A DNA stretch of 32,000 bases from Microcystis aeruginosa NIES-2549 (GTDB lineage: Bacteria > Cyanobacteriota > Cyanobacteriia > Cyanobacteriales > Microcystaceae), in the NCBI RefSeq assembly GCF_000981785.2, contig NZ_CP011304.1, positions 4,262,214-4,294,213 of the forward strand, written 5' to 3'. The first letter of the stretch is position 1; each line of letters begins with the position of its first letter. Of this stretch, positions 9,039-16,462 are shown piece after piece. The notes beneath the pieces were generated by a model. That model was given only the letters and a program-made list of their open reading frames with translations. It did not search any database and had not been told where the DNA came from. The position numbers and the translations under genes were made by a program.

Positions 9039-9178
9039 AATATAATGAATTAGCTTTTGTTAATTGTAAGCGATCCTCCCGGGCAGATTGCAAAAAATCT
9101 CTAGTTATCGCTAATTTTTCGATCATTTATGCTAAAAGTGATCTTAACCGCCTAATTTGACCCGACGGAGAGCGATCG

Positions 9179-9742
9179 ATGCCTTTGAGTGAGCGCGCCC
9201 AGCAATTAATCCCAAAAGCGAGAATCATCAGTTTCGCCAATTGGCCCTATCAGCAAGCAGCGATCGCTGTTTGGCAACAAGCGGATGATCTAAATCGCTA
9301 TCTCAGCGACAGCGATTTAGATACTATCGTCAATTTAGAGCCTGATTTACTGGTTTCTAGTCAGCAAGCTCGAAAACTGCGGTATAATGCTAATAGCATC
9401 GTCGATAACGCTCGTCAGGCTTTATTAAGCCAATTTCCTACCATTCTCCAACCCGGAGGCGATCTTCATCCACCCCACCGCGCCGAAGCTTGTTGGCGTG
9501 ATTTCTGGAACTTTTTACGCTGTATTACCTACGGTGTCGCCGGACAGCAGATTCCCTACACCAGTGCCGAGGGATTGGAAAATATGCGTCTTCTTTACCA
9601 AGAATTACAAGTACCATTAGGGGCGATGATTTCGGGGTTAGAAGCCTTAAAACAATACAGTTTAGATTATTTTAGCGACTCAGAAAAAACCGCAATTGCT
9701 CCCTATTTCGATCACTTAATTACGGTTATGAAAAAGTTTTAA
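9179..9742 (+). CDS. phycobilisome-protein-like (globin-fold) protein of unknown role
   Basis: 187-aa ORF. The segment CWRDFWNFLRCITYGVAGQ...LYQELQVPLGAMISGL resembles the phycobiliprotein family fold. The assignment rests on resemblance only. Confidence 0.5.
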   Translation: MPLSERAQQLIPKARIISFANWPYQQAAIAVWQQADDLNRYLSDSDLDTIVNLEPDLLVSSQQARKLRYNANSIVDNARQALLSQFPTILQPGGDLHPPHRAEACWRDFWNFLRCITYGVAGQQIPYTSAEGLENMRLLYQELQVPLGAMISGLEALKQYSLDYFSDSEKTAIAPYFDHLITVMKKF

Positions 9743-9921
9743 AACTGCGGCATTTAATCTGTGTTAAAATAATAAGGTCAACGGTTGAAAATGCCGCTCA
9801 CCGAGGTTAAAACTCCGTTGAACCCATGAAATCATCGGCGCGGGTGGGCCTCTTAGGGCCACCAAAAACCTCGATCGAGTGCCTGGCGGGTCGAGGTACT
9901 TTATAAAATGAGGGAGATTCT

Positions 9922-10512
9922 ATGGATGCCAAAGCGAAATTACTAGAATTGATCGCTGGTAGAAATCGCGGACTCCTGGCCACGGAAAGCGACCGCGTGC
10001 GGATTTTGGCGGCGATCGAACAATTGGAGGACCACAATCCCCATCCTCATCCCCTCGAAGTTAAACAACTATTAGGGGGCAATTGGCGTTTACTATTCAC
10101 CAGCAGTCGCGACATTCTGGGACTAGATCGCCTACCTTTTTTTCAATTGGGGCAAATTTATCAATATCTTGACCTGAACAAGGCCAAACTCTATAATATT
10201 GCTGAAATTACGGGCGTACCTTGGTTAGAAGGAGCAGTGATCGTCGCCGCTACCTTTGAACCCACCTCCGAGCGTCGGGTCATGGTCAAATTTGAGCGAT
10301 CGATCCTCGGTCTGCAACGTTTTCTCAATTATCATTCTCCCCAAGAATTTATCGACGCGATCGAAAGTGGCAAAAAATTTCCTCCCCTCGATTTTTCCTT
10401 CAATAATCGTGAACAAAAAGGTTGGCTCGATATCACCTATCTCGATGAAGATCTCCGCATCGGCCGCGGCAGCGAGGGCAGCGTCTTTATTCTGGCTAAG
10501 GAAAAAACCTAA
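9922..10512 (+). CDS. PAP/fibrillin family protein
   Basis: KAKLLELIAGRNRGLLATESDRVRILAAIEQLEDHNP...LGGNWRLLFTSS is the canonical fibrillin N-terminal pattern. Confidence 0.85.
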   Translation: MDAKAKLLELIAGRNRGLLATESDRVRILAAIEQLEDHNPHPHPLEVKQLLGGNWRLLFTSSRDILGLDRLPFFQLGQIYQYLDLNKAKLYNIAEITGVPWLEGAVIVAATFEPTSERRVMVKFERSILGLQRFLNYHSPQEFIDAIESGKKFPPLDFSFNNREQKGWLDITYLDEDLRIGRGSEGSVFILAKEKT

Positions 10513-10940
10513 CTTAAGATATGTCGGGAGTCAGGAGACAGGGAACAGCTATCAGGAAGGCTCTCTTAGGTTTGCTGGGTAAAATGTATTCTAAGATACA
10601 TTCTTGCGGGCAAGTGAGTGGAACGAACCACAGAGACACAAAGGACACAAAGACCGATCACTACTATATAAGTTAAACTTATCACACAAAGAATAAGAGA
10701 GCCATCAGGGATCGGATTTGATACTAAATCCGTTGAGTATAGGCCACTTATGAGGAGAGGCAAAAGGCAATAATTTGCTATAATCAGTCTAGGATATACG
10801 AAAAATTTTCAGATATTTATTCCGAGAAATCGACTAAAAACGTTGCCAGATAAGGATTTGAGAGAATGACATTTGAGAGAATGAAACGACCCTAGTATTA
10901 AGGGGCGAGCCATCTTCGATTTAATTATAACCAGCTACTT

Positions 10941-10968
10941 AACTGATAACTGATAACTGATAACTGTT
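10941..10968. repeat. heptamer tandem repeat (AACTGAT x3 plus a variant)
   Basis: Reads aactgat aactgat aactgat aactgtt. It overlaps the bolA stop codon (10967-10969). Confidence 0.8.
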
Positions 10969-11218
10969 ATTTTTCTGCTGCCCAACTGTCGGGAGTGTAG
11001 GTTTTTAATGCCAAAGCATGGATGGCTTCGGTAGCCAGTGCCGATTGTAAAGCGCCATAAACCATTTGATGCTGTTTAACGCGGGTTTTGCCAGCAAATT
11101 CGCCAGAAATAACCACCGCTTCCAAATGATCGCCACCTCCCGTCAAATCCCGAATCATCACTTGTGCATCGGGGATTTGTTCTTGAATCATCGCTTCTAC
11201 TTGGCGAAAGTCAACCAT
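10967..11218 (-). CDS. BolA family protein
   Basis: 83 aa with the pattern [31 protein letters not shown]...[11 protein letters not shown], typical of BolA/IbaG. Confidence 0.8.
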   Translation of the reverse strand: MVDFRQVEAMIQEQIPDAQVMIRDLTGGGDHLEAVVISGEFAGKTRVKQHQMVYGALQSALATEAIHALALKTYTPDSWAAEK

Positions 11219-11289
11219 CGTAACTCCTCAAAACAATTAAAGATACTCTGATCCCATTGTTACCGAAAGCTCGTCAATAGGGACAAAAT

Positions 11290-11886
11290 TTACTGCCGTG
11301 GGGGGGAGTTGTTAGGAGTTGCCGAGGTGGGAGTCGGTGCGGAGATGGGTGTGCTGACAAATCCCATCTCGTAGAGTTGTTGATAGCTTTTTTGTCCTAA
11401 TTCACTGGTGGGGTTTTGGGATTGAATCACCTGAATTAACAAAGGAACCGCCAATTCTGGCTGATTTTGCGCCCTATGGACCAAAGCAAGCTTATAGGTG
11501 GCTTCATCCCGCATTTGTCCCGTGTTTAAAGCACTTTGACGCTGAGAATCGAATACTTTCGGGTCAATTCCTGAGAAACTATTAGCTAATTGCAGATGAT
11601 AGTTAGATAGTTGGTTAAAAATCCGGCGCGCTTGATTGAGTTTGTCCACAGCGACACTGTATTTAGCGGCATTAATAGCGGCGTTCGCTTCTTCCACTAA
11701 ACGTTGTCCCCCCTGAAGACTCAGGACACTATCGGCTTGATTTAAGGGTTTTAATTCGTTAGGATCGCTGGCAGGAGTGTTAGAGTCGGGGGTTTGTGCT
11801 TGTCCGTCAGGTGCGATCGCAATAACTAAACCGATCACCAGAGTGAGCAGATAAATTAAACTATAAGGCTGTTTTCGTTTAACCAT
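11290..11886 (-). CDS. hypothetical exported or membrane-anchored protein, Pro/Thr-rich C-terminus
   Basis: The open frame extends to 12033. The likely start is the ATG at 11886-11884 (MVKRKQPYSLIYLLTLVIGLVIAIAP), which gives a signal-anchor sequence. No enzymatic motif is seen. Confidence 0.55.
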   Translation of the reverse strand: MVKRKQPYSLIYLLTLVIGLVIAIAPDGQAQTPDSNTPASDPNELKPLNQADSVLSLQGGQRLVEEANAAINAAKYSVAVDKLNQARRIFNQLSNYHLQLANSFSGIDPKVFDSQRQSALNTGQMRDEATYKLALVHRAQNQPELAVPLLIQVIQSQNPTSELGQKSYQQLYEMGFVSTPISAPTPTSATPNNSPPRQ

Positions 11887-12167
11887 AAAATTTCTCGACT
11901 TAATGTTCCCCATGGGAACGGCTATTTTTTTTAACATCGACAACTGACCTATAGTAGCTTTTTTGGGGCAGTTTCGATCCGACCCCAGCTTTCTAGACGT
12001 TGGATCTAGCGGTTTTGTCGCCATGGCAAGCACTGATTTTTCCCAAAGAATCAGTACAAGTCCCCAAAAAGTTAGTTTATCCCCCCGATTAATGGTTTAA
12101 ATACCGATAATTCACCCGTTGGAAGGCTGCCCAGATAGAATAAAGAAAAAGCAGGAGTTTAGTTGAA

Positions 12168-12749
12168 ATGTCTTTATCACTGATTACTCGTAAGTTTACG
12201 GTGGAAGAATACGAAAAAATGACAACCGAGGGAATAATCAAACCCGATGAAAAAGTGGAATTAATTCGAGGAGAAATTATCAAAATGTCACCGATGGGAA
12301 CCCGTCATGCTGCCTGTATAGCTAGATTAACACAGTTATTTTATCGAAAATTCGGTGATCTTATTCTGTTAGGAGTGCAAAACCCGATTAGATTAAATAA
12401 TAATTCTCAACCAGAACCAGATTTAAGTTTACTAATACCTCGATCGGATTTTTATGTTGCTGCCTATCCTTGTCCTCAAGATATCTATTTAATTATTGAA
12501 GTTTCCGATTCTACCCTCGATTATGATCGCTATACTAAAATCCCTCTTTATGCAGAGGCAAATATTCAAGAAGTTTGGATCGTTAATCTCAAGGAAGAAT
12601 GTTTAGAAGTTTATCGCCATCCGCTGCATGGTAGTTATCAAGCTATTCAGAAATATTATCGAGGTGAAATTATTTTTATTGAATCCTTTCCAGCAATAGA
12701 GTTAACTTTAATTGAAATACTCGGCAATAAAAGTGAGATCAAGGGGTAA
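12168..12749 (+). CDS. Uma2 (DUF820) family endonuclease
   Basis: FTVEEYEKM...GIIKPDEKVELIRGEIIKMSPMGTRHA...PEPDLSL...IIEVSDSTLDYDR...KIPLYAEANIQEVWIVNL is the standard Uma2 restriction-endonuclease-fold pattern. Confidence 0.85.
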   Translation: MSLSLITRKFTVEEYEKMTTEGIIKPDEKVELIRGEIIKMSPMGTRHAACIARLTQLFYRKFGDLILLGVQNPIRLNNNSQPEPDLSLLIPRSDFYVAAYPCPQDIYLIIEVSDSTLDYDRYTKIPLYAEANIQEVWIVNLKEECLEVYRHPLHGSYQAIQKYYRGEIIFIESFPAIELTLIEILGNKSEIKG

Positions 12750-12751
12750 AC

Positions 12752-12895
12752 TTAGATTTCGTCAGGATTAATGCCTAATTCCCGCAGTTTGTTCGCTAAT
12801 CGTTCCGCTCGTTGTTTTTCCTGATTATAGCTAGTGAAAGCTTGTCCATCGGGATAAAAAAGCAACATTTCCGGTTCCCCTAACTGAAATTGAAT
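12752..12895 (-). pseudogene. C-terminal remnant of a second Uma2-family gene
   Basis: Manual minus-strand translation gives IQFQLGEPEMLLFYPDGQAFTSYNQEKQRAERLANKLRELGINPDEI*, the typical Uma2 C-terminal tail. There is no N-terminal part, and the frame is closed by a stop next to the repeat element at 12921. Confidence 0.5.
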
Positions 12896-12962
12896 TTATT
12901 AATTGATTTTTGAAAAATGGTAAGTAGCTGGTTATAATTAAATTTAAAATGGATTTTGGGTT

Positions 12963-13036
12963 CGATCCCCCCTTAGTCCCCCCTTGATAAGGGGGGTGTC
13001 GATCCCCCCTTAGTCCCCCCTTGATAAGGTGGGTGT
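12963..13036. repeat. 2 x 37-bp tandem hairpin repeat (cgatccccccttagt-CCCCCCTTGATAAGGGGGG-tgt)
   Basis: The units at 12963-12999 and 13000-13036 differ at one position. The core is the same G/C-clamp hairpin found in the arrays at 15508-15791 (reverse orientation) and 16131-16362. Confidence 0.85.
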
Positions 13037-13128
13037 CTGATAATTTTTAACGCCTACCTACTTATAAGCCAATAACACCACTCCAAAGGGGTCTAGTATA
13101 ATTAGAAGAGGTTGATCAAAGGGGGTTT

Positions 13129-15483
13129 ATGGACGATAAAACCACAAAGCCGGAAGCATCGGAATCTGAAGAGAAAAAAGAATCAGATTTTGACCAGGAA
13201 AAGGAACAGGCTCAAGTTTGGACGGGAAAAATCACTGCTTTTGTTGCCCATCAACTCCGAACCTCCGCTCCTTCCCTTCCAATTATCGGGGGTAGCATTA
13301 CAGGTATCTTAACTTGGCTTAGTCAACATGACACGGTTAAGGCGATTATTGTCGGGGGAGTCACCTTTATCGTCACGGGCTTTTTTACCTACGGATCAGC
13401 CTGGAGTCAAGGGTTTTTAGAAATAGCAAGAACCAAAGGTAAAAATCATGGTAAAGGTTCAGCTTTAAGCTTTTTTGTTTGGCTAGACAAAGGACTGGAA
13501 AAAATACGTTGGCAATTAGCTAATCCTGACGGGAAATATTTAATTAAATTACGGGATTCAGATTGTCGTTATGATGATATTGAAGGGATTGAAGATGCAA
13601 TCTTTGGTTTTTCTACCCCAGAACTAGAAGAAATTTTTATTAATTTGGATCTGAGTCAATTAGAACTGCGCTCAGAAGAAGAGTCTAAAGGTACGGGGGA
13701 TGATATTTGGGATTTATTGCGACGGGCTAAAAAGAGGACAAATTTACGGTTGTTAATTCTGGCTCCTGGTGGCCGAGGAAAAACGACTTTATTGCGTCAT
13801 TTAGCCTATAACTACGCTCTAAAACAACCGAAACAAAATGCACCTTTTTTAATTCCTGTCTTTTTACGTTTACGGAGATGGCAGGAAGTGATTACCACCA
13901 CAGAAGGATTGGATTTACCAACCTTAATTGAGCGACATCTTAAACAAGATATTTCTCAAGAATTAGATTTACCTCAGCACTGGGCTAAAAGTCATTTAAC
14001 CCGTCAGCGAATGTTAGTGATGTTTGATGGTTTTGATGAAGTTAAACCCGAATATGCCGAAAAAATCAGTCAATGGATTGGCAAACAGTGGCATGATTTT
14101 CGCCAAAACTATTTTATTTTAACCTCTCGTCCCAAAGGCTATCAAGCGTTTAGCTCTGAGCATAAACCTCGACAAAAGGTGTTTATTAATGAATTTACCG
14201 ATAAAAATATTCATGATTTTGTCTATAAATGGTATTTCTGGCAAGAGCAGGAAACCAGAGTTAGCAGAAGTTTAAAAGCTAAACAAGAAGCTGCCGACAA
14301 TAAAGCAAAGGATTTAATTAATCAGTTATTTGCTCTCGATGATTCCGGGGAAAGTTCTACTCTATTAGCCTTAGCGAGAAATCCCTTAAATCTGAATATG
14401 ATAGTACAGTTACATCGGGCAAACTTTGGCTCGGAACAAAAATTACCTCAGCAACGAGTGGATTTATTTCGCCGAATTTTTGATCTGCAATTGATCACTC
14501 GCCCTCAAGCTAGGGGCATTGATATGATTTTAGATAATAATGAGGAAAATCATCGTCAACGGGTATTGCAACAGTTAGCCCTGAAAATGGGAAATACAAC
14601 CACGATTGAATATTCAGAATTACTGAGTTCTATACAAAATTTTATTCAGGAATTGGGTTATCCTGAAAGCACTTCGGCTAAGGATTTTGTAGAGCGGTTA
14701 ATTCATGTGAGCGAGTTAATTTTGAAAAAGGATGAATACTATGAGTTTGCCCATAATCTTTTTCAGTCCTATTTAATTGCTTTGGAGATTAAACGGTTAA
14801 AGCAAGAAAATTTACTCTGGGAAAATTGGGAACAAAATCTCTGGTACGAGACTTGCATTATGTATGCAACTTTATTGACTAATCCGACTGATTTTATTGT
14901 CTATTTTTATAATCAATCTAATCCTAAAGCTCAGGGATTAGCGGAGCGATGTTATCGAGAATTACCTGTTAAAAAACGTCGAGGTTTGGAATTTTTAGAA
15001 CAAAGACGACAGACTTCTCTCTTTACTCAACTAGAAACCTATCTGAAAAATGGCCAATGGCGCGAAGCCGATGAAGAAACGGCGCGGTTAATGTTGTTAA
15101 TTGCTAAAAGGGAAGATGAAGGCTGGCTAGATGAAGAAAGTGCTGAAAACTTTCCCTGTGAGGAATTACGCACCATTGACAAGCTCTGGGTAGATAATAG
15201 CGGCAGCAAATTTGGCTTTTCTGTGCAGAAAAAAGTCTGGCTGGATTGCGGTGGTGTCCCAGGGGAATACGATTATGATGTGTATAAAAAATTCGCTGAC
15301 GAGGTGGGTTGGCGCAGGAGCGGAAACTGGTTGAGCTATGATGAGCTAACTTTTTCATTAGAGGGTAGTCAACACGCATACCTACCGTCACCTTGGTGGA
15401 GGGTCGTGGGGCGCACACCAGGGGGGGGGGTTGGTCGCCGCGTGTGGTGGAGGGTATCTCTTTTCTCGCGCAGCGACTTGTAA
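13129..15483 (+). CDS. STAND NTPase: N-terminal transmembrane segment, NACHT domain, helical middle region, C-terminal GUN4-like domain
   Basis: Hydrophobic helices lie near residues 35-95 (ITAFVAHQL..., IIVGGVTFIVTGFFTY). NACHT motifs are Walker A LILAPGGRGKTTLLRHLA, Walker B MLVMFDGFDEV, then FILTSRP and NPLNLNM. The C-terminus (YLKNGQWREADEETARLML...FPCEELRTIDKLWVDNSGSKFGFSVQKKVW...VGWR...AYLPS) matches the GUN4 pattern. An SD-like aaggggg precedes the ATG. Confidence 0.85.
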   Translation: MDDKTTKPEASESEEKKESDFDQEKEQAQVWTGKITAFVAHQLRTSAPSLPIIGGSITGILTWLSQHDTVKAIIVGGVTFIVTGFFTYGSAWSQGFLEIARTKGKNHGKGSALSFFVWLDKGLEKIRWQLANPDGKYLIKLRDSDCRYDDIEGIEDAIFGFSTPELEEIFINLDLSQLELRSEEESKGTGDDIWDLLRRAKKRTNLRLLILAPGGRGKTTLLRHLAYNYALKQPKQNAPFLIPVFLRLRRWQEVITTTEGLDLPTLIERHLKQDISQELDLPQHWAKSHLTRQRMLVMFDGFDEVKPEYAEKISQWIGKQWHDFRQNYFILTSRPKGYQAFSSEHKPRQKVFINEFTDKNIHDFVYKWYFWQEQETRVSRSLKAKQEAADNKAKDLINQLFALDDSGESSTLLALARNPLNLNMIVQLHRANFGSEQKLPQQRVDLFRRIFDLQLITRPQARGIDMILDNNEENHRQRVLQQLALKMGNTTTIEYSELLSSIQNFIQELGYPESTSAKDFVERLIHVSELILKKDEYYEFAHNLFQSYLIALEIKRLKQENLLWENWEQNLWYETCIMYATLLTNPTDFIVYFYNQSNPKAQGLAERCYRELPVKKRRGLEFLEQRRQTSLFTQLETYLKNGQWREADEETARLMLLIAKREDEGWLDEESAENFPCEELRTIDKLWVDNSGSKFGFSVQKKVWLDCGGVPGEYDYDVYKKFADEVGWRRSGNWLSYDELTFSLEGSQHAYLPSPWWRVVGRTPGGGVGRRVWWRVSLFSRSDL

Positions 15484-15507
15484 CCTGTAATATATCACAG
15501 ATTTAGA

Positions 15508-15791
15508 CATCTTAAACCAGTAAAAAGCCCCCCTTATCAAGGGGGGTTGGGGGGATCAAACCTATGCAATTAACCCATCATCTTAAACCAGTAAAAAGCC
15601 CCCCTTATCAAGGGGGGTTGGGGGGATCAAACCTATGCAATTAACCAATCATCTTAAATCAGTAAAAAGCCCCCCTTATCAAGGGGGGTTGGGGGGATCA
15701 AACCTATGCAATTAACCAATCATCTTAAACCAGTAAAAAGCCCCCCTTATCAAGGGGGGTTGGGGGGATCAAACCTATGCAATTAACCAAT
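15508..15791. repeat. 4 x 71-bp tandem repeat, each unit carrying the hairpin module plus the DUF559 start codon region
   Basis: Units start at 15508, 15579, 15650 and 15721. Units 2 and 4 are identical; units 1 and 3 each differ at one position. The unit is catcttaaaccagtaaaaagCCCCCCTTATCAAGGGGGGttggggggatcaaacctATGcaattaaccaat. Confidence 0.95.
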
Positions 15792-16211
15792 CATCATCAT
15801 CTACCCTACAATCCCAAACTCGTAGAACGAGCCAAAGAACTCCGTAAAAATATGACCAAAGCTGAAAGAAAACTTTGGTATGAATACTTAAAAAATTTTC
15901 AATATAGAGTTCATCGTCAAAGACCGATTGATCAATTTATTGTTGACTTTTATTGCCCCGAATTAAAATTAGTGATTGAAATTGATGGTGATATTCATAA
16001 TAGGGAAGATGCTCAGAACTATGACTTAGAAAGAACCCAAATTTTATCAGGTTATGGATTAACAGTAATCCGCTTTACTAATCAAGAAGTTTTGAGTAAT
16101 TTTGAGGGAGTTTGTGGAGTAATTGGAAGTTTGATCCCCCCAACCCCCCTTGATAAGGGGGGCTTTGATCCCTCCTTATTAAGGGGCTTTGATCCCCCCA
16201 ACCCCCCTTGA
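15777..16211 (+). CDS. DUF559 (Vsr-like / restriction-endonuclease-fold) domain protein
   Basis: LPYNPKLVERAKELRKNMTKAERKLWYEYL...HRQRPIDQFIVDFYCPELKLVIEIDGDIH...DLERTQILSGYGLTVIRFTNQEVL is the DUF559 core. The first 5 codons lie in the last 71-bp repeat unit. The last roughly 25 codons (PPTPLDKGGFDPSLLRGFDPPNPP) are read-through into the downstream array. Confidence 0.85.
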   Translation: MQLTNHHHLPYNPKLVERAKELRKNMTKAERKLWYEYLKNFQYRVHRQRPIDQFIVDFYCPELKLVIEIDGDIHNREDAQNYDLERTQILSGYGLTVIRFTNQEVLSNFEGVCGVIGSLIPPTPLDKGGFDPSLLRGFDPPNPP

Positions 16212-16362
16212 TAAGGGGGGCTTTGATCCCTCCTTATTAAGGGGCTTTGATCCCCCCAACCCCCCTTGATAAGGGGGGCTTTGATCCCTCCTTATTAAGG
16301 GGCTTTGATCCCCCCAACCCCCCTTGATAAGGGGGGCTTTGATCCCTCCTTATTAAGGGGGA
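16131..16362. repeat. 4 x 58-bp tandem repeat carrying the hairpin module in the opposite orientation to the upstream array
   Basis: Units start at 16131, 16189, 16247 and 16305 and are identical until the last few nt. The unit is ttgatccccccaaCCCCCCTTGATAAGGGGGGctttgatccctccttattaaggggct. Confidence 0.95.
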
Positions 16363-16462
16363 TCTGACAATTTTTAACACCTAACTAATTAGAGAGGAAA
16401 AGAATACCCAAAAAGTTCTATTGACAACTTTTACAAGAGAGATCAAGGAGAAAATCAAGGAT

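Noticed and set aside
9841-9897. Two GC-rich hairpins upstream of the fibrillin gene (ggtgggcc...gggccacc with one mismatch; acctcga...tcgaggt), a possible riboswitch or sRNA.
   Set aside because: I recognise no known RNA family pattern. The stems are short and one is imperfect. There is not enough evidence from a single sequence.
10566-10763. 65-aa hydrophobic ORF on the minus strand in the 450-bp fibrillin-bolA spacer, plus a 7-bp-stem hairpin (aatgtat/atacatt) near 10583-10602.
   Set aside because: There is no ribosome-binding context or family resemblance. The region looks like decayed repeat DNA (acacaaag repeats). The hairpin lacks a U-tract, so it is not a convincing terminator.
15508-16362. 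The tandem arrays could be mistaken for CRISPR arrays.
   Set aside because: The whole 71-bp or 58-bp unit is repeated with no unique spacers between repeats. No cas genes are nearby, and the unit includes a gene start codon. They are plain tandem repeats.
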